Counted from the whole stretch's first letter, positions 44,386 to 55,761 are shown. The stretch is DNA of 61,591 bases, filler included, from 4 parts of 4 records of this genome joined end to end with filler, not necessarily neighbours in it; one strand, 5' to 3'. Numbers and translations are program-made. Notes: generated by a model from the sequence alone, not told the origin.

Positions 44386-45864
44386 TTATTCACTTTCAAA
44401 ACCTTCCACATCATCCAAAACAATCATTTCGCGTGCATCCGCACTCCGTGTGGTCATTTTCACATTTTTAAACTGCACATTTTTAGCGTGCCTTATGTAG
44501 GCGCCCCAAGCCGGCAACACACCAAAGAAATATTGTTCGGGATAACGAGTTTCGTCCTCTTTTACCACATTTTTTGCTTCCTCTTCGGTTCCTTCACCGG
44601 GGTACGAAATGGTAATATTTTCAAGCTTAACATTTTCGATGTAATGCCCCGGAATTCCGGCAATCATTATCGGTCCGGCTTGTGCTTTTTCGCGTTCCGT
44701 CAGTTCTTCAGTCTTATAATTCACATTCTTATACTTTGCTTTTCTGTCTAAATTTCTGTCAGGAAAACAGACTTCGGCTTGCACATTACGAATGCTGATA
44801 TTTTTAATGGAACCAACAGGCGCACCTTCCGATTTATCGCCCTTAAGTTTATTTGTGCCGGTGTAGGTGTTTTTGGTATAAATTCGTCCACGGTTTGCCA
44901 AACGGATAAACACCGGAGAGCCACCCTTTTTTACGGTTATTCGATTTATATCGATGTTTTCCATGGTACCGCCATCAACTATTTGCAGCTTAATGGCTCC
45001 CATCGGGCAATCGTAGAAATAACAATTTTCTATTTTAATATTGATAAAACCGCCGCTTGACGAAGTACCAAATTTTACAGGCGCCGTGTGGCTGCTTACC
45101 ACACAATTTCGCACCACAAAATTTTTGCAAGGATTTAAGGAACTCTTCAAACAGATGGCATCGTCGCCCGAATTGATGTTACAGTTTTCAATCAATACAT
45201 CTTCGCAACCATCAATGTCTAAGCCATCGTTATTCGCGCCATTGTTTCTGAAGTCGATATTTACCCCATTGATATGTAGGTTTTTGCAATCAATAATATG
45301 CAAGCCCCAAAAAGCTGGCCGTCTGTATTTTAAACCTGAAAACGTTACATTTTTACAATTCTCGAAACGAACCAGTCGCGGACGGTTATCTTTTCCACCT
45401 GGACCTGAGCGTTTTGGAAAAGCTTCCGGTGTTCCTCGTCCGTCAATTGTACCTAATCCTTCAAGTGTAATATTGCTTGCATTGCCTGCATAAATAAGGC
45501 ATTCGCTGTTTCCTTCGCGGGCAGGAATCATGTTATCGGTTTTATAGTCATCACGGTCCTGACTACCAAGCAGGCTTGCACCATAATCAAGGGAAAGTGT
45601 TACATTACTTTTTAAATGAATAGGTGCAATAACAAAATCTCCGGCAGGCACCCACACTTTTCCTCCTCCGGCTTCAGTGCACAAGTCAATTGCTTCCTGT
45701 AAGGCTTTGGTATCTTTTGTAATTCCATCGCCAACAGCACCATAATCTTTGATATTAAATATTTTAATCTCGCCGTTTTTCGAGACAGAATTTGAATAGC
45801 AAAATGGGTTATTTAGTACTATTGCAAATAGTGTTATTAGAAATGTAGACAATAAAGTTTTCAT
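44386..45864 (-). CDS. GH28-family glycoside hydrolase
   Basis: YGAVGDGITKDTKALQEAID, NNDGLDIDGC, GDDAICLKS and YPEQYFFGVLPAWGAYIRH. Confidence 0.9.
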   Translation of the reverse strand: MKTLLSTFLITLFAIVLNNPFCYSNSVSKNGEIKIFNIKDYGAVGDGITKDTKALQEAIDLCTEAGGGKVWVPAGDFVIAPIHLKSNVTLSLDYGASLLGSQDRDDYKTDNMIPAREGNSECLIYAGNASNITLEGLGTIDGRGTPEAFPKRSGPGGKDNRPRLVRFENCKNVTFSGLKYRRPAFWGLHIIDCKNLHINGVNIDFRNNGANNDGLDIDGCEDVLIENCNINSGDDAICLKSSLNPCKNFVVRNCVVSSHTAPVKFGTSSSGGFINIKIENCYFYDCPMGAIKLQIVDGGTMENIDINRITVKKGGSPVFIRLANRGRIYTKNTYTGTNKLKGDKSEGAPVGSIKNISIRNVQAEVCFPDRNLDRKAKYKNVNYKTEELTEREKAQAGPIMIAGIPGHYIENVKLENITISYPGEGTEEEAKNVVKEDETRYPEQYFFGVLPAWGAYIRHAKNVQFKNVKMTTRSADAREMIVLDDVEGFESE

Positions 45865-45893
45865 GTTTTTGTTTAGTTATTTAATTCAGTTTA

Positions 45894-47473
45894 TTATTTC
45901 GTTTTAGTTGCAAATGCGGCCTGCACCCAGGGCTCGGCAACAGAATCGTTTTTCTGAAGTTTACCGGGAGTACTTCTACCATCGTTTATTTTCTTAATCA
46001 GCAAGCGTTTTAATTCTTTTACTTTTTCGGGGAATTGTTCAGCTACATTTTCTTTTTCCCCGATGTCGGTTTTTAAACTGAATAAGATATTCTCGGGCAA
46101 TTTCCTTTTTAATTGTTCCGGTTTTCCGGCAGCTGTAACTCCAGAATTCGGCGACACAATTAATTTCCAATCTCCTTTACGTATGGCAAAAATTCCGGTT
46201 TTACTATGGTGGATTGTTGCTTCTCGCTGGTAACCATTTTTCTGATTAAACAAAGGCAACATACTGTAGCTGTCTTCTGCCTCATCATTTTTAACCTTAT
46301 AATTCACAATATCCGCGCAGGTTGCCATAAAATCTGTGGTGCAAATAGTTTTGTCGCAAACAGAATTAGCTTTAATTTTTTGAGGCCATTTCACTAAAAA
46401 TGGTACACGATGACCACCTTGGAGTAACTACCTTTAGCACCATTGTATATATAACTTGGATTATGACCTTTAGACTTTAACAATTGAAAATTGGCTGTCC
46501 CGGCACACCCGTTGTCGCTGGTAAAAATTACGAGCGTATTTTCTTCAATTCCACTTTCCTTAACGGTTTTAAATATCTCTCCCATTAAATCGTCAATCAT
46601 CAGTACAAAATCGGCATAAGGATTTATCTTGCTTTTGCCTTTCCATGGGTCGAGGGGCAAAATTGGGTTATGGGGTGCCGGCAAAGGCAAGTAAAGAAAG
46701 AAAGGCTTTTCACCACCGGCATTTTCATTGATGTACGTTTTGGCTTTATCAACAAAAACCGGTAAGGCTTCTTCGTGCTTAAAATCATCGGAGATATCTC
46801 CATTAATCCAGTAATTGTACGGATGTTCGGCTCTGTTCCGAACAGATTTGTCCGAGGGTTCCTTAACCACTTTATCGTTTTCGATATAAACGTAAGGTGG
46901 CATATTTAACGAAGCAGCCAGTAAATAAGAGTAATCGAAGCCTAAATCCAGTGCTCCTTTTTTTAATGGTGCCGAATAATCAATTTCATTAAAATCGTAA
47001 CGGTCTTTTATTCCTGAATAATACTCAAACTCGCGACTGTTGTTTTTCATTGTCCAATTGAGACCCAAATGCCACTTGCCAATGTTTGCAGTTGAATAGC
47101 CATGTTGTTGCAACAAATCGGCAACGGTTAATCGGTCGTCTTTAATTAGCATGGGCGAATTTCCCCAGGTAACAAATTGTTTAAGCGGAGTTCGCCAGTT
47201 GTAACGGCCGGTTAAAATTCCGTAGCGGGTTGGCGTACACACCGATGACGAGGTATGCGCATCGGTAAACACCATTCCCTGTTCACCCAATTTATCAAGA
47301 TTTGGCGTGTGTATTTTACTGTTTTCGTTGTAAATACTTAAATCGCCAATACCTAAATCGTCGGCCAAAATGTAAATAATATTTGGTCGGTTGTTTTGGG
47401 GTAATTGAGCCTTGGCACTTAGTGCTACCAGGCAGAATATAAGTATGCCTAAAGTTATTCTCGTTTTATACAT
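45894..47473 (-). CDS. S1 (formylglycine) sulfatase, split by a 1-nt frameshift near 46420
   Basis: PNIIYILADDLG, CTPTRYGILTGRY, GKWHLG and FTSDNG. GGHRVPF.VKWP continues in the adjacent frame. Confidence 0.9.
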
Positions 47474-47497
47474 TTTAATATGTTTATTGTTACTCTC

Positions 47498-47641
47498 TTT
47501 TACCCCTCACTCTGTCGAGAGCTCCCCTTACAAAGGGGAGCCAGCGTTGATGCTACTTTCTGCGTTTCATCAGCATATCCTGCCTTACATCCTGCGCTTT
47601 CCCCTCTGCGAGGGGAAATGTCGAAAGACAAAGGGGTAAAA
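47498..47641. repeat. REP-like palindromic element pair
   Basis: Terminal inverted TTTTACCCCT/AGGGGTAAAA with two internal hairpins, CTCCCCT..AGGGGAG and TTCCCCT..AGGGGAA. Intergenic. Confidence 0.65.
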
Positions 47642-47671
47642 CTTTGGATTCCAATAATATATTTAGTTCTA

Positions 47672-50593
47672 TTATTTCCATTTGATCTCTGCCTTCTCAT
47701 TCTCAATATCCAGCCAAACTGTGGCATATTCAAATTCGCGCGTATACACAGAACCCTCTTTTTTTGCAGGTCCTTTTGGTGGCCCCAGTGGTTTCTTGTA
47801 TTCCGGAAAATGTTTTAGCCAAACTGCACTGTCGTCACCGTTTACACTGTAGCCATCGTGGGCAAGAAAATAGCTGTATTTTTCTGCACATGTCAAGAAA
47901 ATGGCCAACTTATATGTAAGAATATCCTGGTAAGCCGAAAGTTCATCCATCTTCATTCGGGAATCGTCAATGGCCTTTGCATTTCTTGCCTTGCCCAGCC
48001 CCATACTCATACAAATTATTTTACCGTTACGAGCGGCTTCCTGCGTTGTGGCAATCGCCCTTTCAATGTATTCCACTCTTGTGTAGCCATTGGCAGCTCC
48101 GTCGAAACCTTCGAGGTACGAACCATCAAAATATTGCATGTAGTCTAGCCCCGAATTGGGTAGTCGTGCCCGAATTATATTTGCAAGTAGCAACTTGTTG
48201 GACACACTTTCCCGTAAATCGGCCATCATTTTATCGTAGCCTTCTTTTACCTTATTTTTCTTTTCAGAACTAATTATATCTTTCAGATAAATTGGCTCCA
48301 GAGCTTTTATGTTGCCATCGATAAAAATTCCGTCGATAGCTTTATTCTCTGCCATTTCTTCGCAATGCTCCACCCACCAATGGCGCAATTTTTTATTCGA
48401 CAAATCGTAAATATGGTTGTTTCCATTACGACCGTGCAATCCGGTATTTCCTTTGCTGTCTTTCAAGAATGGCTCAGAAATAGCCTCAAGGCTTTCATTA
48501 ACATCGTAGCTTCCATAATTTATCATTGCATTTCGATAGTACAGCACCTTGGCATTGGGATTTATCTTTTTAATGGCAGCAGCTGCTTCAATTGACCCTT
48601 TTTCGCTTGAACCGTAAGTTTGAGAGCCGGTGGTTTTTTCCAAGGTAATAATTGGAAATTCCGCCAGATACTCCAGTTCTTCTTTAGTAAATGCTTTTGA
48701 TTTTCTCATGTGCTGATACAAAGGCACGTGATCCCAACTAAATTTGGGATAGCTAACTTGTTGCTTCACTGGTACCAACTCCAAACCTTTAAAATGATAA
48801 TTTCCCTTGTTCGATTTTGTTGTAGTTACCTTCGGGTAAACCTTAATTTTATGCACACCGGCCTTTGAAATTGTAATCGTTCCGTCGTGTTCTTTTTTTG
48901 TCATCTGCCCGATATTTTCATTGGCATCCAGCTCAAGAACATCATCCGAAGTAATTAATTGATAAACCAAAGTCTCATTTCCGGTATCTTCGCTAATTAC
49001 TTTAAAAGTGCCGGGTTGTTTTACCTTAACGGTCCAAATTAAGCCTTGTTTTACATTCTCTCCCCAACGGATTGTTTGCTGTTTTTCGTAATCATAACTA
49101 ATGCGGCGAATGGCATATTCGCACTTTGCTACGGGTAATTTAATGCTTCCGTCCTTTTCTTGCTGAAAGGTTTCGTCTATTACTTGAGCCTCTTTATCAG
49201 CAATTTCCAGAACAACAACCGTAACTTTAGGCTGATGCAATTTTTCGGGAACAGTAACACTTAGCTTTTCATTTTCTTGATTAAAAACCAGTGCTTGTTT
49301 TGATTCATCGGCCAAACAATACGCCTTTTTTACTTTGGATAAAAGACCGGTCAATTCAACCTGATTTTCTTCCAAATCTTGAATATGCAAATATACTTTG
49401 CCGGGTTTGCTGGTAATGGCATAAGGTGTAAATTTTAATGGGCTTGGGTCGGCACCATAAATGGCCTCACCGTTAATTTCGAGCCACTCGCCTATGGCGC
49501 GCAAACTTTTGGCTTGCTCTTCGGGAATGGTTCCGTCGGGACGAGGACCAACATTTAGTAAATACACGCCACCGTTTCCCACAATTCGGCAAAAACTATA
49601 AATAAAATAGGAGTAATCTTCCGAACGGTCGACTTCGGCACCGTGCTTTGTGTAGCCCCATCCACCTGTGGTAACCGATTCGTGTGTTTGCCATGGCACT
49701 TTTAAATCGGGTAGCCAGGTTGCTTTGCTTACACTTGGTGTTTTTCCGTTGTCGATGGAAACATCAAAATGTCCGTAGCCGTTTCCAAGACGTGAGTTTA
49801 CCAAAGCTCCGGGCTGGTTTTCTTTTACAATGTCCATCATTTGCTGGCACTTTTCATCATCCATTTGAATCGGGGTATCGAACCAAACCATAAATATGTC
49901 TCCATAATTTTTGGTTAATTCTTCTACCTGCATGGCCACTTTATCTTTAAAATAGGCATCAAAATCATCCTGAGGTTTTAGTACACTTTCAAAATCCCAA
50001 TGGTTACCTACCCCACCTTTTTCGTGCCAATCCTGACTTTGCGAATAATAAAATCCCAGATTCATATCGCGTTTGGCACAGGCATCAGATAATTCTTTAT
50101 AAATATCGCGGCCAAAGCCTGCAAAGTCTACCAGGTTGTAAGGATGCTCCGATTTGTACATGGCAAATCCATCGTGGTGTTTGGCTGTTAATACGATAAA
50201 TTTCATGCCTGCATTTTCGGCAATGTCAATCCAATCATTGGCATTAAATTTTTCGGGTTTAAATTTGCCGGCAGCTTCTCTTTCGTAGTCTTTTACCGGA
50301 ATAAAACTTCTTCTCATAATCCACTCGGCGGCTCCTTTTTTGCCATCCCAACTACCTGCAAGCTGAGCATAAGGTCCCCAGTGTACAAACATGCCAATTT
50401 TATCGTGATACAATTGTTTCATGTTTTCGCGAATTTCGGGAGTGTAGGCAGAAGCATCGGTTTTTCCAAAATCAACTTTGCCGGAAGTTTCGGTTACAAA
50501 ATCAATTGCCTTTTTATCTTTAGATTGACTATGGCTGTTTAGTTGAAACAGGCACAATACTGTTATTAACAGGTAAGTAATTTTATTTAACAT
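47672..50593 (-). CDS. GH29 alpha-L-fucosidase fused to a second (GH168/GHL15-like) hydrolase domain
   Basis: GMFVHWG, AKHHDGF, WFD and LLNVGP (GH29). The last ~360 aa begin YPKFSWDHVPLYQH...FPIITLEK, with KVLYYRN, DGIFIDG and YKKPLGPPKGPA...REFEYATVWLD. Confidence 0.8.
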   Translation of the reverse strand: MLNKITYLLITVLCLFQLNSHSQSKDKKAIDFVTETSGKVDFGKTDASAYTPEIRENMKQLYHDKIGMFVHWGPYAQLAGSWDGKKGAAEWIMRRSFIPVKDYEREAAGKFKPEKFNANDWIDIAENAGMKFIVLTAKHHDGFAMYKSEHPYNLVDFAGFGRDIYKELSDACAKRDMNLGFYYSQSQDWHEKGGVGNHWDFESVLKPQDDFDAYFKDKVAMQVEELTKNYGDIFMVWFDTPIQMDDEKCQQMMDIVKENQPGALVNSRLGNGYGHFDVSIDNGKTPSVSKATWLPDLKVPWQTHESVTTGGWGYTKHGAEVDRSEDYSYFIYSFCRIVGNGGVYLLNVGPRPDGTIPEEQAKSLRAIGEWLEINGEAIYGADPSPLKFTPYAITSKPGKVYLHIQDLEENQVELTGLLSKVKKAYCLADESKQALVFNQENEKLSVTVPEKLHQPKVTVVVLEIADKEAQVIDETFQQEKDGSIKLPVAKCEYAIRRISYDYEKQQTIRWGENVKQGLIWTVKVKQPGTFKVISEDTGNETLVYQLITSDDVLELDANENIGQMTKKEHDGTITISKAGVHKIKVYPKVTTTKSNKGNYHFKGLELVPVKQQVSYPKFSWDHVPLYQHMRKSKAFTKEELEYLAEFPIITLEKTTGSQTYGSSEKGSIEAAAAIKKINPNAKVLYYRNAMINYGSYDVNESLEAISEPFLKDSKGNTGLHGRNGNNHIYDLSNKKLRHWWVEHCEEMAENKAIDGIFIDGNIKALEPIYLKDIISSEKKNKVKEGYDKMMADLRESVSNKLLLANIIRARLPNSGLDYMQYFDGSYLEGFDGAANGYTRVEYIERAIATTQEAARNGKIICMSMGLGKARNAKAIDDSRMKMDELSAYQDILTYKLAIFLTCAEKYSYFLAHDGYSVNGDDSAVWLKHFPEYKKPLGPPKGPAKKEGSVYTREFEYATVWLDIENEKAEIKWK

Positions 50594-50907
50594 CTAATTA
50601 ATGATTTATCGTTAGTTTAGTTCTTGTTTCAAATGTAAAATAGCTGAAAAAATATGCATTTTACTTTCTTATATCATTCCATTTCTTGCTCATTTTTAAC
50701 AAATCAATCAATTTCTATTATCTCTATTCCTCTAACAAGGCCTGGAAATCAAAAAACTTGCGCTAATAGCGCAGAATTTATTGTTGATACTTTAAAACCA
50801 TTAACAATGTTTCCGGGAAATTTTTGTAAACGATTATAAAATTCAATGTTGAGAATTCGATTTTCTTGAATCGAATAATTCGTATCTGACTTTTGAAATC
50901 CAACTCC

Positions 50908-52002
50908 CTATTTGTATCTTAGAAAGAAATCGATTGTCTTTTGCACAATTACTTCTTTCGATGGCTCGACTTCGCCACCAGCTTTGCGCCAGTTATGCCC
51001 TGCATTTTTAACGATAAACAGTTCGACCGGCGCGCCAATGCTATCGGCACTATTTTTCATCCGGTATGCATGCGCCACAGGAATGGTTGTATCGTTATCG
51101 GCGGCCATCATATATAGCGGAGGGCTATTTTTGCTAAGATAAAAAACAGGACTTATTTCCTTATACATGGAGTCTTTTAGCGCAGCATCAGCTCCCGGTT
51201 TCATAATTCTGTCATAAAACCTGTCAGTTTTTTTCGATGAATCTCCAGTTGCAAATAACTCCATTTTAGTAAAATCGCTGGGACCATACCACGAAACGCC
51301 TGCAGCTATTTTGTAGTTGTATTTATACAGTTCCTCATCACCCAAAAATTTAGCAGGATTGGCAAGCGTTAGCATTTGCGCCAGGTGGCCACCTGCTGAA
51401 TCTCCCAACACATAAACACTATTTGCATTAAGCTTCAGTTTTTTGTTATGTTTCGACAAATAGCGAACAGCATCCATAACATCGACCAAACAATCTCGCA
51501 TAACTACCTTCTTGTGTCGGGTCAATCGATAATTTACTGAGACTACAGCAAATCCTTGTTCCAATAATTTTAGAAAGGGCTCCTTTTTTAAACCCTTCGT
51601 AATATTTTCTTTACTTCCGGCGGCCCATCCTCCTCCATGTACATAAAGTAAAATGGGATAAATGTTGTTTTCATTTCGTTTTCGTGGGTAATAAATATCC
51701 AGAAACAAATCTTCTTCCATGGTAGTCTTATACATCAAATTCAACTTTCTTTCACCTTGTGTTTCAAGGTAGGGAATTTCTATTTTTGAGTATTCGGCTA
51801 TGGTAACTACCTCATTTCCGTCAGTATCAAAAGCTTTCAGTTGTTCCCAACGATTTTTAACTTCCGTTTTTTCCAGTTGCCCATTTCTGTTTTTATCTGC
51901 CCCCATTATCTTCCGCTTAGCATACGCCTTTGCGTAAGGTTCTTGTGCCACAGCGCAACAAATTAAACATGAAAAAAAGAATAGAATGGCTAATTGTTTC
52001 AT
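50908..52002 (-). CDS. Alpha/beta-hydrolase esterase with N-terminal EF-hand-like pair
   Basis: DKNRNGQLEKTE and DTDGNEVVTIAE, HGGGW, GDSAGGHLA, D.TIP and AGH. Confidence 0.85.
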   Translation of the reverse strand: MKQLAILFFFSCLICCAVAQEPYAKAYAKRKIMGADKNRNGQLEKTEVKNRWEQLKAFDTDGNEVVTIAEYSKIEIPYLETQGERKLNLMYKTTMEEDLFLDIYYPRKRNENNIYPILLYVHGGGWAAGSKENITKGLKKEPFLKLLEQGFAVVSVNYRLTRHKKVVMRDCLVDVMDAVRYLSKHNKKLKLNANSVYVLGDSAGGHLAQMLTLANPAKFLGDEELYKYNYKIAAGVSWYGPSDFTKMELFATGDSSKKTDRFYDRIMKPGADAALKDSMYKEISPVFYLSKNSPPLYMMAADNDTTIPVAHAYRMKNSADSIGAPVELFIVKNAGHNWRKAGGEVEPSKEVIVQKTIDFFLRYK

Positions 52003-52025
52003 TCGACTACATGTATTGTTTTGAA

Positions 52026-53825
52026 CTACTGAATTGGTTTAATTATCACCGATTCTAAACTTGAAGTTTCAGGATTCCCCTCAACCAGCGAAACTGAAAT
52101 GTTATGCTTTCCTGCTGTTTTAAACTCGATTATCCCCATAGGATAGCTCTGATACTTTTCGGTAGCAGCTTGTTGGTTTTGCACCATCACGCCTTCGTCG
52201 GTTGTGGTTTTCCAAACCAAACGGTCTTCGCCTTTGTAGGTAAGGTCGAGATAGTAATAGCCGGGTTCAAACACCTCAACCGTCCAATCTGCACTACTGT
52301 TTTCTTCCCATTTCGAAATCTGGTTAGCATGTTTCCATTCTCCAAATTTTTCCATCCATCTAATATTTTTCCTTTCTGCGGCTGTAACCTGCGCAAACTC
52401 TGCTAAGAATGTATTTTGAATGTTAGGATAAACACCCAAATTTGTATTTACCCGAGCTGCAATTGCTTCGTCTTCCAGTTCAACCTCAATAACTGAAACC
52501 GGCGAATCGACAGGTTCACTTGGAAGGTCAAAAACAGTCCAACCGTTTTTCTTTTTGTGGGAAACTTTTGAGCCATTTAAAATCTTAGCGGAAACAATTT
52601 TGCTTTCTAATCCGGGTAAATAAAGTTTACCATTTTGTGGCCATTCAAAAACCGAAAGCAACAATGAATTCCCCTGAGTGGTAATATCTCCCCAAGGCAA
52701 AGCATGCCCCCATGGAGAAGCACCTGCACCATAAACTACCTGTGGGTACTTACGAATCCACTGACCGGTCTCTTCTAAAAATTTGACACCAATTTCAGGA
52801 ATATTTCCTTTGGAATCGGGGCCCACATTAAACAGGTAAGTTCCTCCCCTTCCAACGGTTGAAATCAGACGATGAAGCGTAGTTTTGGGGCTTTTAAAAT
52901 TATTATCGTACCAGGCATACGACCACGAATCGTTGTTTGTATCGCAGGTTTCCCATAACCCGGGAATATTTCGGGGTGGTACTTCCATGTCGCCTTTGCT
53001 GGCATAGTCGCCCATTCCATGACCAATTCGGCTACACAACATCGCATTGGGCTGCAGTTCACGTACCATATCGGCCAATTCAACCACCAATTTTTTAGGC
53101 ATTTTTCCAGGCGTATCGAACCAAACAAAATCAATTTCGCCGTAATTGGTACATATCTCTTTTACCTGAGGTTTACACTTCTCGTAGAAATATTTTTCAA
53201 AAGTTGCATCCGAACCATCAGCATTTTTTTCAGGGCCACCATGTGCTCCCGGGCTTGTCCAATCCTGGTAATGCGAATAGTAAAAACCAAATCCCAAGCC
53301 CAGTTTTTTACATGCTGCCGAAAGTTCTTTCATTGGGTCGCGAGCAAAAGGAGTAGCATCGACAATATTAAACGGATGCTGCGACTCGAACATAGCAAAT
53401 CCCTCGTGGTGCTTACTGGTAATAATAATGTATTTCATTCCGGCATCTTTAGCCAGTTGGGCAATTTTTGTTGCATCAAATTCATTGGGATTAAACGCCT
53501 TAGCCGTTTCCATGTATTCTGCCGGAGGAACGTTTGCAACTCTTGGATTCATGAGCCATTCGCCAATACCGTAGTAAGTTTTATCTTTCCAAACACCACC
53601 AAGATGAGAAAAAAGTCCCCAATGAATAAACATTCCAAAGTTACTTTCGTCGAACAATTTTCCACGACCTGATTTTAAGGCATTTAGCGCAATTGAAGTC
53701 TCACCCCACATTTCGTCCATACTTTGTTCGCCCGTCTTTTTCTGAGCCATTAGATTTAACGAGCCGAGTAAGACAGTAAAACCAAGTAGCAAACATTTTA
53801 GTTTTAAGCAGGTAATTAGGTGCAT
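52026..53825 (-). CDS. GH29 alpha-L-fucosidase
   Basis: FGMFIHWG, SKHHEGF, FYYSH..DW, WFDTP, WETC and YLFNVGP. Confidence 0.93.
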   Translation of the reverse strand: MHLITCLKLKCLLLGFTVLLGSLNLMAQKKTGEQSMDEMWGETSIALNALKSGRGKLFDESNFGMFIHWGLFSHLGGVWKDKTYYGIGEWLMNPRVANVPPAEYMETAKAFNPNEFDATKIAQLAKDAGMKYIIITSKHHEGFAMFESQHPFNIVDATPFARDPMKELSAACKKLGLGFGFYYSHYQDWTSPGAHGGPEKNADGSDATFEKYFYEKCKPQVKEICTNYGEIDFVWFDTPGKMPKKLVVELADMVRELQPNAMLCSRIGHGMGDYASKGDMEVPPRNIPGLWETCDTNNDSWSYAWYDNNFKSPKTTLHRLISTVGRGGTYLFNVGPDSKGNIPEIGVKFLEETGQWIRKYPQVVYGAGASPWGHALPWGDITTQGNSLLLSVFEWPQNGKLYLPGLESKIVSAKILNGSKVSHKKKNGWTVFDLPSEPVDSPVSVIEVELEDEAIAARVNTNLGVYPNIQNTFLAEFAQVTAAERKNIRWMEKFGEWKHANQISKWEENSSADWTVEVFEPGYYYLDLTYKGEDRLVWKTTTDEGVMVQNQQAATEKYQSYPMGIIEFKTAGKHNISVSLVEGNPETSSLESVIIKPIQ

Positions 53826-53885
53826 TTTATATTGTATAAGTTATTCATTTCTTCTTTATTTATTGAACGAAGGGTATAACCGGAC

Positions 53886-55679
53886 TTATAATTTTTCAAT
53901 ATAAACGTAATAAGCAGGATGCACCCTTCCGTCTTTATCAATAAGTTGAGCTTCCATGTCGTATTTCCCAGCCGGAACCTTTCCTTTAAAAGTAACTTCA
54001 GCCTGACCTTCTTCAATTTTTACCGATTGAGCGATATTTGCCACATACAAATAAGCTGTTTCAAAATCAGATTTCACGCTGGCAGGCATAATCCGGTCCA
54101 GTTCAATTCTTTTTTCCTCGGCCTCGAAAGTTTCGTTAATTGCCAAACCACTTTCGCGCGGAAACCGTCGAAGTGATATGGTATATTCTCCATCTTCCAC
54201 AAATTCAATTTTCCAACGACCGGTGGCCTGCGATGCCGATGCCGCACCATACTGATGCCACACATGCCCGAACTTACCGGTAAGCATATCGTGCGAAGAA
54301 ATACGGCTTGGGTTTTCTTTTGGCGAACCAACTTTTATGTAGGCATAACGTTCGTTTGGCCCTTCGCTCATAATCGAACTCCACCACTTTTCGTAACCTT
54401 CAGCCAGGCGCTCAGCAACTTCAGGATGTTGGTCAATAATATTTGTTGTCTGGCTTTTATCCTTCGTCATATTATACAACTCATTTCCGTTTACCAAACG
54501 CCAATTATCATCCATAACCGTGTACTTCTTGTATTTAATCAGGTTTTGCAAACGTTGGGTATCCATATATAAAATGCGGTTGGCCCAATTTACATCAGCA
54601 TTGTAAAGCAGTGGTTTCAAACTCTTACCATCCAATGGTTTAACTGGATTAAAGTCGAGCCCAAGCAATTCGACAAACGTTGGTAATAAATCGTAATGCG
54701 CAACCAGTTTATCCATGTCTTTTCCGCCTGTTAGCTCTCCGTTAGGCCAGCGAATAAAGAAAGGCACACGATGTCCTCCTTCATACTCACTTCCTTTGCC
54801 ACCTCTTAAACCAGCATCATAAACCTGATGCCCTCCGGCTGTGCCGTTATCGGTAGTAAAAATTAAGATGGTATTTTCGGTTAAGCCAAGCTCATCCAGC
54901 TTTTCCTGTAATATTTTAAAGTTGTCGTCAATATTGGAAATCATCCCATAAAAACGCTTGTGTTTATCCGAAAGTTTATCGTCATCAATATCCTTATACA
55001 TGTTGTAATAGTCTTCAGGAACATTTAAAGGAGCGTGCGGAGCATTAGTTGAGATGTAACAAAAAAACGGATTGTCTTTATTTTGTTCGATAAATTTTAA
55101 AGCCTCTGAGAAAAAAACGTCGGTACAATATCCTTCATATTTTTCTGTTTCACCATTGTGCCAGTAGGTATCGTCAAAATAATCGTTACCCCAATAATCG
55201 GGGCCTTGAGTAATACCGCCACCACCGTGCCGTACAACTTCATGAAAACCTCTGTCTTCAGGTCGGTACGGATAGTTGTCGCCCAGGTGCCATTTGCCAA
55301 ACATTCCGTTGGTATAACCGTTGCCAGCCAATATTTGCGGAAGAATTACTTCGTCTTCGAAAAGCAACGAGCGCCCGGTTATAGTATGAAAAACATTAAC
55401 CCTGTTGGTATGCCTTCCACTCATTAAAGCTCCGCGTGTTGGCGCGCATGTAGTTGAAACATGATAATTGGTAAAGCGCACCGATTCGGTATAAAATTTA
55501 TCGATATTGGGTGTTTTTATGAAGGGATTGCCCATACAAGCCAAATCTCCTTTTCCCTGGTCGTCGGTAATAACAAATACAATATTAGGTTTTTGTTTTC
55601 CTGCTACCGAAGCCATTACAGATACTGGCCCCGCAATTATTAGCAACAGAATGATAAAGGTTAATGTCTTTTTAGCCAT
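53886..55679 (-). CDS. S1 arylsulfatase-family sulfatase
   Basis: PNIVFVITDDQG, CAPTRGALMSGR, GKWHLG, TDNG and YEGGHRVPFF. Confidence 0.93.
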   Translation of the reverse strand: MAKKTLTFIILLLIIAGPVSVMASVAGKQKPNIVFVITDDQGKGDLACMGNPFIKTPNIDKFYTESVRFTNYHVSTTCAPTRGALMSGRHTNRVNVFHTITGRSLLFEDEVILPQILAGNGYTNGMFGKWHLGDNYPYRPEDRGFHEVVRHGGGGITQGPDYWGNDYFDDTYWHNGETEKYEGYCTDVFFSEALKFIEQNKDNPFFCYISTNAPHAPLNVPEDYYNMYKDIDDDKLSDKHKRFYGMISNIDDNFKILQEKLDELGLTENTILIFTTDNGTAGGHQVYDAGLRGGKGSEYEGGHRVPFFIRWPNGELTGGKDMDKLVAHYDLLPTFVELLGLDFNPVKPLDGKSLKPLLYNADVNWANRILYMDTQRLQNLIKYKKYTVMDDNWRLVNGNELYNMTKDKSQTTNIIDQHPEVAERLAEGYEKWWSSIMSEGPNERYAYIKVGSPKENPSRISSHDMLTGKFGHVWHQYGAASASQATGRWKIEFVEDGEYTISLRRFPRESGLAINETFEAEEKRIELDRIMPASVKSDFETAYLYVANIAQSVKIEEGQAEVTFKGKVPAGKYDMEAQLIDKDGRVHPAYYVYIEKL

Positions 55680-55733
55680 GATTGATTATTTAATGTTTTA
55701 TATTTTTTATTGGTGTCCGGTTAATAAAAGAAC

Positions 55734-55761
55734 AGATTCCTCGCTTCGCTTCGGAATTACA
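55734..55761. repeat. Degenerate REP-like half element
   Basis: AGATTCCTCGCTTCGCTTCGGAATTACA resembles the widespread GATTCCTCGCT.CGCTCGGAATGACA palindrome. Confidence 0.5.
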
